Assembly: GCA_963796965.1 (NCBI GenBank)
Contig: CAWCNS010000005.1
Span: forward strand, 320,001 to 384,000
Direction: 5' to 3'
DNA: 64,000 nt
DNA from: Calditrichia bacterium
GTDB lineage: Bacteria > Calditrichota > Calditrichia > JAJRVZ01
Part shown: positions 34,662 through 46,165 of the stretch, one piece after another
Position numbering within the stretch: position 1 is the stretch's first letter
How the letters are laid out: the number at the start of each line of letters is the position of its first letter
Position numbers and translations under genes: made by a program
Notes under the pieces: generated by a model
Databases searched by the model: none
The model's input: the letters and a program-made list of their open reading frames with translations, nothing else
What the model was told of the DNA's origin: nothing

Positions 34662-35096
34662 TTACCTCATATCTTAAATGTATATCTGATTTATCACCGC
34701 GAAGAACCTAGGGCTCACCTTTCGGTCGAGCAACGATTTCTGATCGTTCTTTTTAACAAAAGTTAATTAACCACGGAAATCCCCCCGTAGCACGGGGCAG
34801 GCCAGAGAAACACAGAAAAAAATTAATAGTTTAATGATTTAATAAAATATTCAGTATAAAATTCTGTGAAAATTCCGTGTAATTCTGTGGTTTTCATAGA
34901 AATCATTTAAATTTGATCTCATATTTATCGCTATAAATTATGAGTAAACAAAAATCGTAAACATTTTTTAGCATTAACCACCGTAGGTAGTACGAAGAGA
35001 AAAAGCAATTAAAAAGTTAGAACTTGAGTAGGAAATAATAGATATAAAAGTGCTTTTGTTTGTCTTTTCACATTCTTAATTCGTAATTATTAATTC

Positions 35097-36456
35097 TTAA
35101 TTTCTATTAATTCTTAGTTCTTTTTCAATCTCCTCAAGTGTCTTTCCCTTTGTTTCAGGCACAAAACGATTTACGACAAGAATGAGTACGATACACATCA
35201 GGCCATATAACCAAAATGCAAAACCATGATTAAAATGGGAGATCAGCCACACATTTTCATCCATCATCGGAAATGTCTGAGAAACCAGGTAGTTTGCTGC
35301 CCAGAGGCTAATTGTGGCTATTGATAATGCTAATCCTCTCACTCTGGTTGGAAAAATTTCCGAGAGTATAACCCAGGTAACCGGCCCGACCGATAGAGCA
35401 AAACAAGCAATATAACCAAGCACAAAAATCAAAACCCATATCGCCGTTTGTTCAAAGTAGGCTGCGGTACCCATGCCGAAGAGACAGATTCCCATACCAG
35501 CTGCCCCCAAAAGCATTAAAGGTTTTCTCCCCCACTTATCAACCGTTTTTATGGCAACAACTGTAAAACCCATATTGAATGCACCAACGATGATTGTTTG
35601 CAAGAGAGCTGTATCTGAACCTGTTCCCAGATTTTTGAATATTTCCGGGGCATAATAAAGAAAGACATTAATCCCCGTAATTTGTTGAAGAACAGCCAGG
35701 GCAATCCCCAATAACAGGATTAGGCGCATACCCTTGCCAAAAAGAATATGAAGTGCAGATTCTTTAACTGCAAGGGTCTGACGAATAGCTTCAGCCTCTT
35801 TAAGCGCTCCGACTGGATTGAGCGATTTAAGGATATTTATCGCCTTTTCTTCTTTATCACGACTCATAAGCCAGCGCGGGCTCTCTGGTATTAACAACAA
35901 GAAGGCAAGAAAGATAAGAGCCGGTACCGCCTCGGAAGCAAACATCCAACGCCAACCCGATGCAATATTCCACCCTTCATTCCCCTGGAGAGAAATTAGA
36001 TAGTTTACAAAGTACACGACTAACATACCGGTTGTAATCGCTAACTGATTAAGGGAAACCATTCGACCACGGACATTAGCCGGCGAGACTTCGGCAATAT
36101 ACATGGGTGAGAGCATCGAGGCAGCGCCAACAGCAACCCCACCCAGAATTCTATAAATTACAAATTCTGTCAAGACTTGCAGCAATGGCTGATCCAACCG
36201 CAGATATAAAGAAAAGTACGGCGGAAATTATCAATGATTTCTTTCTACCAATTCCGTCACTTAAAATACCCGCAAATGCACACCCAATGATACAACCGAT
36301 CAAAGCGCTGGAAGCGGCCCACCCCATTTCTGCAGCAGAAAGAGCAAACTTTACACGCAGAAACCCTATTGCCCCCGCAATAACAGCCGTATCATAACCA
36401 AACAGCAAACCGCCAATGGCCGCAATACTACTAATTAATATTACTTTTCTGTTCAC
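35097..36456 (-). CDS. Sugar porter family MFS transporter, XylE-like (frameshift ~36170)
   Basis: GGLLFGYDTAVI, PMYIAE, PESPRWL, QQITGIN, PETKGKTLEEIE. Confidence 0.92.
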
Positions 36457-36537
36457 TATTTTTCACTTTATATAAATAATTTTTATTCGAGTTCCCATGA
36501 CTGAGGTGAGAATATAAATTAACACAAAATAAACCGG

Positions 36538-37584
36538 TCAAAAGCCCGATCCTTTTATTTTTACTCTTATTCGACATAGATACATAGTGGAGGTCATGTA
36601 CAAATAATCTCCTTGCTCACCACCAAAACAGCAATTTGCAATACTTTCACCCGTATTTATCGTCCCTAAATGCTCTCCCGCCGGCGTGATAATCAGCACG
36701 CCTCCGGGCCCGGTTGCCCAAATATTGCCCTTTACATCAACAGTCATGCCATCGCAGCCGCCCTTTTTCCCGGATTTTCTTATCTCCCTGGCATCAAAAA
36801 ATATCCGTTCATTTGAAGCCATGCCCTCCGCTGAAATATCAAAGGCAAGCCAAATAGCCTTTTCACTGGAATTAGCGACATACAAAGTGGTTTCATCAGG
36901 AGAAAGAATAATACCGTTAGGACGCTCCAAATCCTTTGTGATTAATGTAAGAATTCCATCGGGTGTGTAATGATAAACCCCATTAAAATCCAATTCTTTT
37001 AAAGGATTGTTATCAACACTGCCATCCACCCGTTTCAATCCATAGGGAGGATCCGTAAAGTAGAAATGCCCCTTTGAACTGATCACGACATCGTTTGGAC
37101 TATTAAATTTTTTACCCTGATACTTATCGACGATAACTGTCTTGATCCATTTATCCGAATCCAATTGACTCAGACAACGATTACCATGTTCACAAAGAAT
37201 AAGTTGGTTATTAACCGGGTTTATATAAAGCCCGTTACATCCAAATTGTATTAAATTGGGATCACCATCCAATGAATAACCGGCGGGTCTTAAATAGACA
37301 GATAAACCTTCATCTTCTTTCCATTTATATAAGGTATTTGTAGGAATATCATTAAAAAGTAAAAATTGGCCATCCTTCACCCATACGGGCCCCTCACTCC
37401 ATTTAAAACCATCGGCAAGAATCTCGATAACCGCATTTTCAGGAATAAGGTCATTAATCTTTGGATCGTTTCTCTCGATTTTGCCAATCGTTGGAAATGA
37501 ATCAATTTCAGGTCCAGTACATGAAAGGAAAAACATAGAACACGTGAGTATAGATAAATAGATTTTTGACACTTCGCCCTCCAA
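36538..37584 (-). CDS. SMP-30/gluconolactonase family lipoprotein
   Basis: WSEGPVW, NSPND, FTDPPYG, PNGI, DGM.VD; lipobox-like FLSC. Confidence 0.9.
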   Translation of the reverse strand: MEGEVSKIYLSILTCSMFFLSCTGPEIDSFPTIGKIERNDPKINDLIPENAVIEILADGFKWSEGPVWVKDGQFLLFNDIPTNTLYKWKEDEGLSVYLRPAGYSLDGDPNLIQFGCNGLYINPVNNQLILCEHGNRCLSQLDSDKWIKTVIVDKYQGKKFNSPNDVVISSKGHFYFTDPPYGLKRVDGSVDNNPLKELDFNGVYHYTPDGILTLITKDLERPNGIILSPDETTLYVANSSEKAIWLAFDISAEGMASNERIFFDAREIRKSGKKGGCDGMTVDVKGNIWATGPGGVLIITPAGEHLGTINTGESIANCCFGGEQGDYLYMTSTMYLCRIRVKIKGSGF

Positions 37585-37688
37585 TTAAAAATCCCAATTT
37601 CAAAACCCAAATTTCAAATAAATTCCCAATCCCAAATCCCAGATCGAGAATCCTTATTTCTACAATCTGCATTCTACATTCTACATTC

Positions 37689-39098
37689 TTAAAGTTTATA
37701 TGTTTTTTTCGATAAATCATAGGCAAGTGCTTGTGCCATTTTCTCGGCATCATCTCTATCTATAATATGCCGGGCAACCAGGTTGGCCAGATAATCACAA
37801 TCGACCCGACGGGAAAGATCGTGGCGGGCCGGTATGGACGGATAGGCTCGGGTATCATCTATAAATCCAACACAATTATAAACATTGGCGGTTTCAAAAG
37901 TCCTCTGTCTCTGGTAGATCATGCCCTGAATACTATCAAAAAACCACCAGGACGGTCCAAGACGCATCGCAGGATAATGACCGGCAAGGGGTGCTAATTC
38001 TCTGGAATAGGTTGACTCGTCAAGGGTGAAAACAACCATCATAAAGTCAGGATGGTTGCCGTATTTATTAAGAAGTTCATGAAGATTACGCGTGTATTCC
38101 ATTCTCACTGGAATATCGGCTCCCTTATCACGACCAAAGCGCTCAAAAACCTGTTGATTGTGATTTCTAAAGGAGCCGGGATGAATCTGCATTACCAACC
38201 CATCATCCACACTCATCCGTGCCAATTCCATTAGCATATGGGCTGTAAATTTCCGGGCATCCTTATCATCTGATTTACCGGAAAGCGCTTTTTGAAAGAT
38301 GGCATTTGCTTCTTCTACGGATACTTCATGGGTATAGGCATCATCAATACCATGATCTGTTGATGTAGCGCCCATTTCCTTAAAATTGATACGTTGCAAT
38401 TCAATTGCTTTAATAAAAGATTTGAAATCATGGATATCTATATCAGTAAGCTGTGAGAGCGTCTTAATATTTTCCTGCCAGTTTTCCATATTTAGATTTG
38501 TAACATCATCAGGGCGGAAACAGGGTATAATGCGGCCATCCCATCCGGAATTTTTAATTTTTTTATGATCACTCAGATCATCTGTAGCACCATTTGTCGT
38601 TGAAAGAACTTCAATATTAAATTTTTTAAACAAGGAACGAGGTAAAAATTCGGGCAGATTTAGTTTTTCCTGAATACTGTCATAAACATCCATCGCACTT
38701 TCCGGAGAAAGTTTTACCTGTATATCAAAAACTTCCTTCAATTCATGATCAAGCCAAAGGCCGGTTGGTGTACCGGCAAAAAGGTAATAATGTTCAGCAA
38801 ATTTCTGCCAGATTTTACGGCTATCAGTTTCAGTTATGGTGCCATCGATTGTCGGGATTCCCATTTCCAACATATCTATACCCTGCGAATAAAGCATACG
38901 GAAGACGTAATGATCAGGAACGATTATTAATTGTGATGGATCGGGAAAGGGAAGGTTTTCTGCAAATAAGCTTGCCTCAACATGACCATGAGGGCTTAGA
39001 ATGGGATTATCTTTTACTTTATGATATAATTCTTTTGCAATAGTTCTTACCTGGGGATCTGGAGAAAAAAACCGATTGTCATTTAACACGGTAAACAC
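37689..39098 (-). CDS. uxaC: Uronate (glucuronate) isomerase
   Basis: SPHGH, PDHY, FRPD, TDHG, MQIHPG, RELAPLAGHYP, WWFFDS, DDTRA, ARHD. Confidence 0.95.
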   Translation of the reverse strand: MFTVLNDNRFFSPDPQVRTIAKELYHKVKDNPILSPHGHVEASLFAENLPFPDPSQLIIVPDHYVFRMLYSQGIDMLEMGIPTIDGTITETDSRKIWQKFAEHYYLFAGTPTGLWLDHELKEVFDIQVKLSPESAMDVYDSIQEKLNLPEFLPRSLFKKFNIEVLSTTNGATDDLSDHKKIKNSGWDGRIIPCFRPDDVTNLNMENWQENIKTLSQLTDIDIHDFKSFIKAIELQRINFKEMGATSTDHGIDDAYTHEVSVEEANAIFQKALSGKSDDKDARKFTAHMLMELARMSVDDGLVMQIHPGSFRNHNQQVFERFGRDKGADIPVRMEYTRNLHELLNKYGNHPDFMMVVFTLDESTYSRELAPLAGHYPAMRLGPSWWFFDSIQGMIYQRQRTFETANVYNCVGFIDDTRAYPSIPARHDLSRRVDCDYLANLVARHIIDRDDAEKMAQALAYDLSKKTYKL

Positions 39099-39468
39099 CT
39101 CTAAACTTATATTTGTTATTAATTATATGTGTTGTCTTGACCATGTATTTACACTTTTTGACAAAATTTGAATAGAATTAAAGGTAGAGTTTATGTTCAG
39201 TGAACCCAAGTATCGTGTCATCCTGTCCCGGTACGGGATCGCGTCTCGGGAGAAGGATCTTCCTCCATGCAAGGCCGTACTAAAATGAAGGAAGATGCTT
39301 ACAGCATGACAGCAAATGCTTTCAATCCCTGGCTTTATGCATGGTCAGGATATCACAATTTAAAAATATGTGTAAACACGTAATCAAGACAGTACAAATA
39401 ATATATATTTTCCGATGGATAGCCACCCTAATGCTAGTAAAATTTAGGAAGCACTAACCCATGTAAGT

Positions 39469-40333
39469 TTACTTTTTAAGCACTTCTCTCAGATAGGCTA
39501 TAAATTCTACGGATACTTCTTTGTCTTTTAGAGAGAAATCCACAATGGTTTTCAAATAATCGATAACAGTTCCAAGATCATACCGTTTTCCTTCAATTTC
39601 ATAGGCATAGATATCTTCTTTTTTGAGTAATAATTGCAGGGCATCGGTAAGTTGGATATCATTATTTTTATCAGGCGAAGTATCTTCAAGAGATTTAAAT
39701 ATTTCTGGTGTAAGAATATACCTTCCGGCTATGGCAAGATTTGAAGGCGTTTTTTCAATGGCTGGTTTTTCAACTAACTCATCTATTGACCATAAGACAT
39801 CGCTAATTTGTTTTCCACCAATAATTCCAAATCTTGAGACTCTTTCTTCTGGAACCGTCTCAACAGCAATGACAGTGTGATGATATTGTTCATAAATATC
39901 GATCAGTTGTTGTGTAACCGGAATTACTGAATTGATAATCGTATCTCCCAATAATAAAGCAAAGGGCTCTTCTCCAACATGCTGTTTGGCATATCTGATG
40001 GCATCACCAAGACCATTGGTTTCTTTTTGACGGATATAATGTATATTAGCCATATCACCAATTCTGCGAATATGATGATATTTATCTGACAGATCCTTGT
40101 TTTTTAAAACAGACTCCAAATGGGGATTTCGATCAAAATGATCTTCGATACACTCTTTTTTCCTTGCCGATAATAATCAAGATATCTTCAATGCCGGAAT
40201 CAATTGCTTCTTCAACGACATACTGGATGGCTGGCGTGACAATAATCGGTAACATCTCTTTAGATTGTGCCTTTGTTGCGGGAAGGAATGCAGTACCGAG
40301 ACCTGCCGCGGGAATAACAGCCTTTTTAACCAT
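39469..40333 (-). CDS. galU: GalU-like UTP--hexose-1-phosphate uridylyltransferase (frameshift ~40155)
   Basis: [47 protein letters not shown]; the canonical Arg of GLGTR reads Ala. Confidence 0.8.
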
Positions 40334-40560
40334 TTACAATCTCCATTTTTTTACCGCAATGACGCAAAGAAGACGCAAAGTTCGCAAGAAGAATTTCTAA
40401 TAATTAGTGACCAAATTTATTCAAATCCCAATCAAATAATTGAGATTCTTTTCATAAATCTATCATGGAATTTCGATCTCAAATAAATCAATCTAAAAAA
40501 TGAAAGAACTTAATTAAATAGAATCTTTGCGAACTTTGCGCCTTCTTTGCGTCTTTGCGG

Positions 40561-41553
40561 TTAGATGTAAGGATTTATTACTCTTGCCTTAAGTTTCTGC
40601 AATTCTACTTTTAAGCGGTTTAGCATTTCATCATTTTTGTAAATACCAATGATGGATCCTCCGGATCCGGCGAATTTTGCAGAAGCGCCACATTTTCGGG
40701 CAGTTTCCACCATCGCTTTATCTATATCTCTTATATTCATGATCTGACTACGAAGGTCAAAATTCTGATTCATCAGGTCAAATAATGTATCCATATCACC
40801 CTCTTCTATCGCCTTTTTTCCTTTTTCTGCACATTCTGCAATCTTGCCGAGTGTCTCAATTACCTGTGGATCCTTCTTCTCATATCGCAAGCGTACATCA
40901 TTTAAAACAACACCGGATACTTTGCTCATATCTAAGCGGTAAGCGACATATAAATTTGGTAATTGCGAGGGATTTAAAGGTTTATAATATCCATGATTAT
41001 CTTTCTCAATTAAAGACTGGGCAAAATCCATGTAGACACAACCTTCATACACCTGAATGACACGGTCTTGTAAGCCAGCATTAATTCCTAATTCGTTTTT
41101 TTCAACGGACAGGATAAGAGAGGGTAAAATTTCTATTGGGATTTCAACTTTATAAAACTTCATCAGCGATCTCATAGTAGCGGTTATGATAGCACTTGAG
41201 CCGGCGAGACCTACTTGTCGCGGAATACTGGAATGATAACGAATTGTAAAATTTTTACTCTCCAGACGAATATTCTGTTGTTGACAATAATCCCAGAAAG
41301 TTTTAATTGTTGCTCTTATAAGCCTGGTTCCGCCATAGTAACCGTTCAGGTTAATTGAATCAACAAGTTCGTTGATATTTTTATACTGATGTAAATCCTG
41401 TAATTGAGGTTCGATATTCAATTCTGGTGATTGAAATAGTGAGACATGTGCGCCAAAATTACGAACACTTATAGAGATCGTTTTACCAAAATAGCCGTCG
41501 GATGGATTGCCCACAAGACCGGCTCTTGCATAGGCTCTTGTTTCGAGAATCAT
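40561..41553 (-). CDS. GHMP kinase, glucuronokinase-like
   Basis: ARAGLVGNPSDGYFGKTIS, YYGG.RL, IPRQVGLAGSSA, AGLQDRV.QVY.G.VYMDF, AKFAGSGG; resembles eukaryotic glucuronokinase. Confidence 0.8.
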   Translation of the reverse strand: MILETRAYARAGLVGNPSDGYFGKTISISVRNFGAHVSLFQSPELNIEPQLQDLHQYKNINELVDSINLNGYYGGTRLIRATIKTFWDYCQQQNIRLESKNFTIRYHSSIPRQVGLAGSSAIITATMRSLMKFYKVEIPIEILPSLILSVEKNELGINAGLQDRVIQVYEGCVYMDFAQSLIEKDNHGYYKPLNPSQLPNLYVAYRLDMSKVSGVVLNDVRLRYEKKDPQVIETLGKIAECAEKGKKAIEEGDMDTLFDLMNQNFDLRSQIMNIRDIDKAMVETARKCGASAKFAGSGGSIIGIYKNDEMLNRLKVELQKLKARVINPYI

Positions 41554-42036
41554 AATTATTTTTCTATCTATCTAATTATATTTCACTTATGGTGTGTATA
41601 TTTTACACAGAGTAACAGTTGATTACCATACCCTTTTATTCACATTTTAAAATTATTGATTTTTTGGCTGAGTAACAAGTTTATAAATCAAAACATTACC
41701 CGGCGGAGAATCATATTTTTTTTGTCTCATATAAATTGTCTAATCTATTAAAATAATATCACCCGTAGTATATTAATCCCAAAATCGTATGAAGGGTTTT
41801 TAGCATGACATCACATAAGCAGAGAGGCAGGATTTGGTATGTTACTGGTATAAAGGGGGTGAGGTTTATGAAAAATCTTCATGGCTCTTCGTGCTTGCTT
41901 CCTGATAATAGAAGATCATCACGAAGGACACAAAGAACCCACGAAGTTCATGAAGTTTATTTCAAATAGAAAATCATAAATATCCTGTTATCCTGTCATT
42001 TTTTTATTTTCTTGACTAGCATATGATACCATTTCG

Positions 42037-44511
42037 TTATTTGATTAGTATCATCTTCTTCACATCCTGAAATTCGCCTGCTTCGATCCTATAGAGGTAT
42101 ACTCCAGATGCAAGATTACTTCCATCAAACTGATACGAATGGTTACCTGCTTGTAGTTTATTATTTACCAATGATGCAATCTCTTCTCCAAGTATGTTGT
42201 AGATTTTGAGTGAGACGAATTCGGATTTGGGTAGAGCGAAGTTAATAGATGTTGATGGATTGAAGGGGTTGGGGTAGTTTTGTGATAATGAATAAGATTT
42301 TGGAATGTTCTGATCGATTTGTTTGAGATTAGTTGGTATATCCGTTGAGTCAGTCCAAAAAAGATCGCCATTGCTAAAAATGTTTACACTTAAGTTAATT
42401 GAACCTAAATTATTATCAGCACACTTTGGATCGATATTTAGACTATAGATCCCACTACACTCCCGACTGGAACCAGGGGTTAAATTCCCAAAAGAATCTA
42501 TGCTATCGGGGATATCTGTTACACAGCTGTCATCTGAAAAAACCTTTGCAATAACATTGAAGGCTGTTGCACTTGTATCTAAGTTTTCTAAAGTAATTTT
42601 TATTACCATCAGATTTTGTTCGAACAAACCTATCCTGTAATCTTTAAGTACTACGGGCCCAATTCGCGTAAATTTCTGTACATTTGAAATGGTTCGCTCA
42701 GTACGGTCAATCATATCACGGGTTTTTACATTCACGTGGTAAGATTTTTTTTCATCGGGGACCTGCCAATAACCAGTCCATGTACAATCAATCACGGATG
42801 GAGTATTAGATAGCTGAATCGAATCCACTAAAATATCATTTTGATTAAGATATGCCATAACTTTTAGTTCATGACTATTTGGATTTTCAACTATTGCACT
42901 TACACATACAGAGTCCTCATTGTTAGCAATAAATGTATTATTTACAGAAACATCATGAGCATAAGCCAGATTTTGAATCCATTCAACTGCTCTTTTAACT
43001 ACAGTATCCTCCCCCTTTGCCACATCTGCCTGGGTAAGCCAGATTTCTTCATCAACGTCGAAACTATTATGCATGAAAAATTTCTCAGGATTATCAGACG
43101 AAAAGACGTTCCTTGCAGCATACCCGGAGAGCCACCCCGGAAACGGAATACTTAGGTTATGAAAGGTAACCTCGAAGCATGTAAAACCAGAATTTGTAGA
43201 TTTACCGAAAAATCTGGACATTGGATGATATTTGAGCCGCAGAGAATTATAGTCTGCTGCACTAACTGTCAAGGGTCCGGTTAATACCGCAATCGGTTTG
43301 TCAAATAAATATGCATCTGCCTCAAATCTCCAGTTTTCACCTGAGCAATACCCACTTGGGATAGATTTCATGGCAAAATGGTCATCCGGATTTGAGCGTT
43401 CAGCAAATTCAAGAACGCTTAGATCAAAATTAAAAAGACGACTAAACCCTTCGTTAGCGGTTCCCATCTGTCCTCCTGGATTAGTCCTGAAATCAAGGAT
43501 TAAACCACGTATCTGATTGTTCGCAATTATCGAATTTATGGCTTTTAAAAAAGCAATATCATCACCCCCACTGTACCTCCATCGGGAGACATAGATATAT
43601 CCAATCTGTGAACCATCGACCATTCCCCAACTCACCATATTATTTTCGTCCCAATTGGATAAATCAACCATTGGAACGCCGGGAACAGGCAACTGTTCGG
43701 AACAAAAGAGATGCATCTCCTGATCAATTAAAGTGCTGGTTGGTAAGTGTAAGGTATCATTTGAACCAACTTTAAGGATATCAATCATATCAAATAAATG
43801 CCAATTCAATCCGGCACTCATTAGCCATATATGAGAAACTGCCCGTTCCGAAGATCCGACACCAGTATTTTCACCTGGATGAGTTATAGGGAGTTCTGCG
43901 GCCAACAGATCCTGATAAAGATATTTCCAGGGAATGCCATCATATCCAAGTATAATATCGCCATTTTCCAGACCGAGGGGATGATTCTCTACAACTTTGT
44001 AAACAAGTGCCGAACTATCTGGCAGAGGGGTTAAACCGGCACCAAAATGTCCATTGTCAAACCCATTATAAGCACTGTGATAGGCTAACAGGGGAATGCC
44101 GGGTTTTAAACTATCTCCGCGAACTTCCGAATCATAAATATGGGTGTGAAATTCCATTAGCGCCATAACTAATCGGTCCATAATCCCCGAAAACCGCCCT
44201 CGGCTAACTCCAGCTTCAATCTCTGGGCGGTATACGATTCTTAAAGAATCCCAATTGACATCCAGATTGTGAAAACCTGCATAGTCTTCATCAATTGTCT
44301 CCCAGAAAAGATCAAAGATTTTTAATTTATCCGCTGTTGGCAAACCTTCTCCCCAGGTAGTATCAATCGCCGTTGCCCAGTCTTCTGCTGTAAAATGTCC
44401 AATTCTTTTTGATATCTCCTTATAACTCTCCTGTGTTGATTGTCCAAACAAATTAACTGGCACAACAAAAAAAGAGAAAATAATCACTAAGATTAATAGA
44501 TGAGTTCTCAT
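42037..44511 (-). CDS. Secreted S41-family peptidase with C-terminal secretion-sorting domain
   Basis: Signal peptide; IGYIY, LILDFRTNPGG, TVSAAD; C-terminal LSQNYPNPFNPST...LASGVY.Y...KKMILIK. Confidence 0.85.
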   Translation of the reverse strand: MRTHLLILVIIFSFFVVPVNLFGQSTQESYKEISKRIGHFTAEDWATAIDTTWGEGLPTADKLKIFDLFWETIDEDYAGFHNLDVNWDSLRIVYRPEIEAGVSRGRFSGIMDRLVMALMEFHTHIYDSEVRGDSLKPGIPLLAYHSAYNGFDNGHFGAGLTPLPDSSALVYKVVENHPLGLENGDIILGYDGIPWKYLYQDLLAAELPITHPGENTGVGSSERAVSHIWLMSAGLNWHLFDMIDILKVGSNDTLHLPTSTLIDQEMHLFCSEQLPVPGVPMVDLSNWDENNMVSWGMVDGSQIGYIYVSRWRYSGGDDIAFLKAINSIIANNQIRGLILDFRTNPGGQMGTANEGFSRLFNFDLSVLEFAERSNPDDHFAMKSIPSGYCSGENWRFEADAYLFDKPIAVLTGPLTVSAADYNSLRLKYHPMSRFFGKSTNSGFTCFEVTFHNLSIPFPGWLSGYAARNVFSSDNPEKFFMHNSFDVDEEIWLTQADVAKGEDTVVKRAVEWIQNLAYAHDVSVNNTFIANNEDSVCVSAIVENPNSHELKVMAYLNQNDILVDSIQLSNTPSVIDCTWTGYWQVPDEKKSYHVNVKTRDMIDRTERTISNVQKFTRIGPVVLKDYRIGLFEQNLMVIKITLENLDTSATAFNVIAKVFSDDSCVTDIPDSIDSFGNLTPGSSRECSGIYSLNIDPKCADNNLGSINLSVNIFSNGDLFWTDSTDIPTNLKQIDQNIPKSYSLSQNYPNPFNPSTSINFALPKSEFVSLKIYNILGEEIASLVNNKLQAGNHSYQFDGSNLASGVYLYRIEAGEFQDVKKMILIK

Positions 44512-44721
44512 GGCTCTATTCCCTCATAATAGTATGAAATGATGACTAATAAAATATTGCTACATAAAATTGGTAGGATAAATCTGTCTATCGTTTTGTG
44601 AATGAGGTCAATAGTTAGATTGAGTACGAATAGGAGATTTGAGGTTCAGAGATAATATACGAATTTATTGTGGGAGTGCAATAATGGGAATTATATTATA
44701 ATTGTAGAACCTCTACATCAT

Positions 44722-44913
44722 ATTCTTCTTTATAACTCAGTATCTCGTCGGTACCCGAACTTGCATATCTAATACCCCCTAAACCGACTCTAATACCATA
44801 GAAAGATGCCCTTTAATCGAACTGGACGGGCGATAGAGCCATCCTTGGCTCTTGGTAGGGGGTATTTAAAGTGTATGAAGTAGGGAGGGCAGAGTACGTG
44901 TTATAGAGGGATG
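44722..44913 (+). ncRNA. Candidate ~190-nt rod-shaped structured RNA (family unresolved)
   Basis: Nested helices with G-U pairs on the + strand, including AATACCCCCTA(44771-44781)/TAGGGGGTATT(44856-44866) and closing CTTTATAAC/GTTATAGAG. Confidence 0.45.
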
Positions 44914-44970
44914 GGGGCGAATCCTAAATACGTATTTAGTATTTCATTGTGTTTATCTAATACAATATAT

Positions 44971-45006
44971 AAAAAACCCCCTCCAGAAAACTGCTCCGAA
45001 GGGGGT
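44971..45006 (-). terminator. Rho-independent terminator after the SDR gene
   Basis: Minus strand ACCCCCTTCGGA-GCAGTTT-TCTGGAGGGGGT followed by a T-run. Confidence 0.85.
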
Positions 45007-45125
45007 GTAGGATATTAATTATCAATTGTCTCAATTAAAAATGTTAGAACTAAAATGCCAAATCAATGCCCAATTCCCAATCACAAATCCGGCATCCCAT
45101 ATCGCAGATCACTGTCATGCTGATA

Positions 45126-45896
45126 TTAATCCATCAACATACCGCCATTAACCTCAAGCGTCTCGCCCATGATATAACCGGCATAGTCGGAAGCAAGAAA
45201 TAAAATGGGGTAGGCAATCTCTTCCGGTGTTCCTTCCCGCGCCATGGGTATTGCTTTTTTAAAAGATTCTCTCAACTCTCTGGAGCTGAATTTATCATGA
45301 AAAGGTGTTGTGATTACCCCGGGTGCGACATTATTTACTATGATTCCGTATTTAATAAATTCTTTTGCCATCCCTTTAGTTAAGGTAATAACAGCCCCTT
45401 TTGTACAGCTATAATGACTGGCACCAACACCGCCCCCATTTCGACCGGCAATCGAGGAAATATTGATAATATGTCCCCGACCCTGTTTTTTCATATAGGG
45501 TAGGACCTCTTGTGAACAGAGATAGACACTTTTTATATTAAGGTCCATACATTGGTCCCAGAGTTCTTCGGTCATTTCTTCTAAAGGGCGTCGATCGAGC
45601 AGACTTCCAGCATTATTGACAAGAATATCGATAGTATCTCCAAAAGCAGCGGTTGTTTTTGAGATAAGATTTTTAACTTCTTCAGATTTAGTGACATCCG
45701 CCTTAACAGCTATTGCTTGTCCCCCGAGTGATTCAATCTCCTTTACAACCTTCTTGGCTGCTTCTTCACTCGAATTATAATTAACGACCACTTTGGCTCC
45801 TGCCCTGCCGAATTCTCTGGCTGTAGCAGCCCCGATACCAAGGCTTCCGCCGGTCACAATTACAACTTTGTTATCAAATCTGATTTCCATACCCAC
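45126..45896 (-). CDS. SDR-family oxidoreductase (uronate-derivative reductase-like)
   Basis: TGGSLGIG, NNAG, SSIA, YSCTK, PG.I.T. Confidence 0.9.
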   Translation of the reverse strand: MGMEIRFDNKVVIVTGGSLGIGAATAREFGRAGAKVVVNYNSSEEAAKKVVKEIESLGGQAIAVKADVTKSEEVKNLISKTTAAFGDTIDILVNNAGSLLDRRPLEEMTEELWDQCMDLNIKSVYLCSQEVLPYMKKQGRGHIINISSIAGRNGGGVGASHYSCTKGAVITLTKGMAKEFIKYGIIVNNVAPGVITTPFHDKFSSRELRESFKKAIPMAREGTPEEIAYPILFLASDYAGYIMGETLEVNGGMLMD

Positions 45897-46165
45897 CTCT
45901 TAGATACAATTAATTATAAATTTTTAATGATAAATTATAAGTGTCCGGTTAAAATATAACTACCTGAATTATTCACCACAGAGCACACGGAGAGTATTTA
46001 AAATAATTAAAATTATGTATTTACAAATTTTGTAAAATAAAATTTTTAAATTATAATTACCAGGCTGTTTTTTTATAATTACAATAAAGACAAATAATTA
46101 TCTCTGTGGCCTCTGTGGTTTATGAATAGACTAGGCTAAATATTTATACCTTTATACCCTATTCC

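Noticed and set aside
44771..44866. CsoR/RcnR-type operator (ATACCCCC...GGGGGTAT)
   Set aside because: The half-sites are ~75 nt apart and embedded in a longer fold, too far for an operator.
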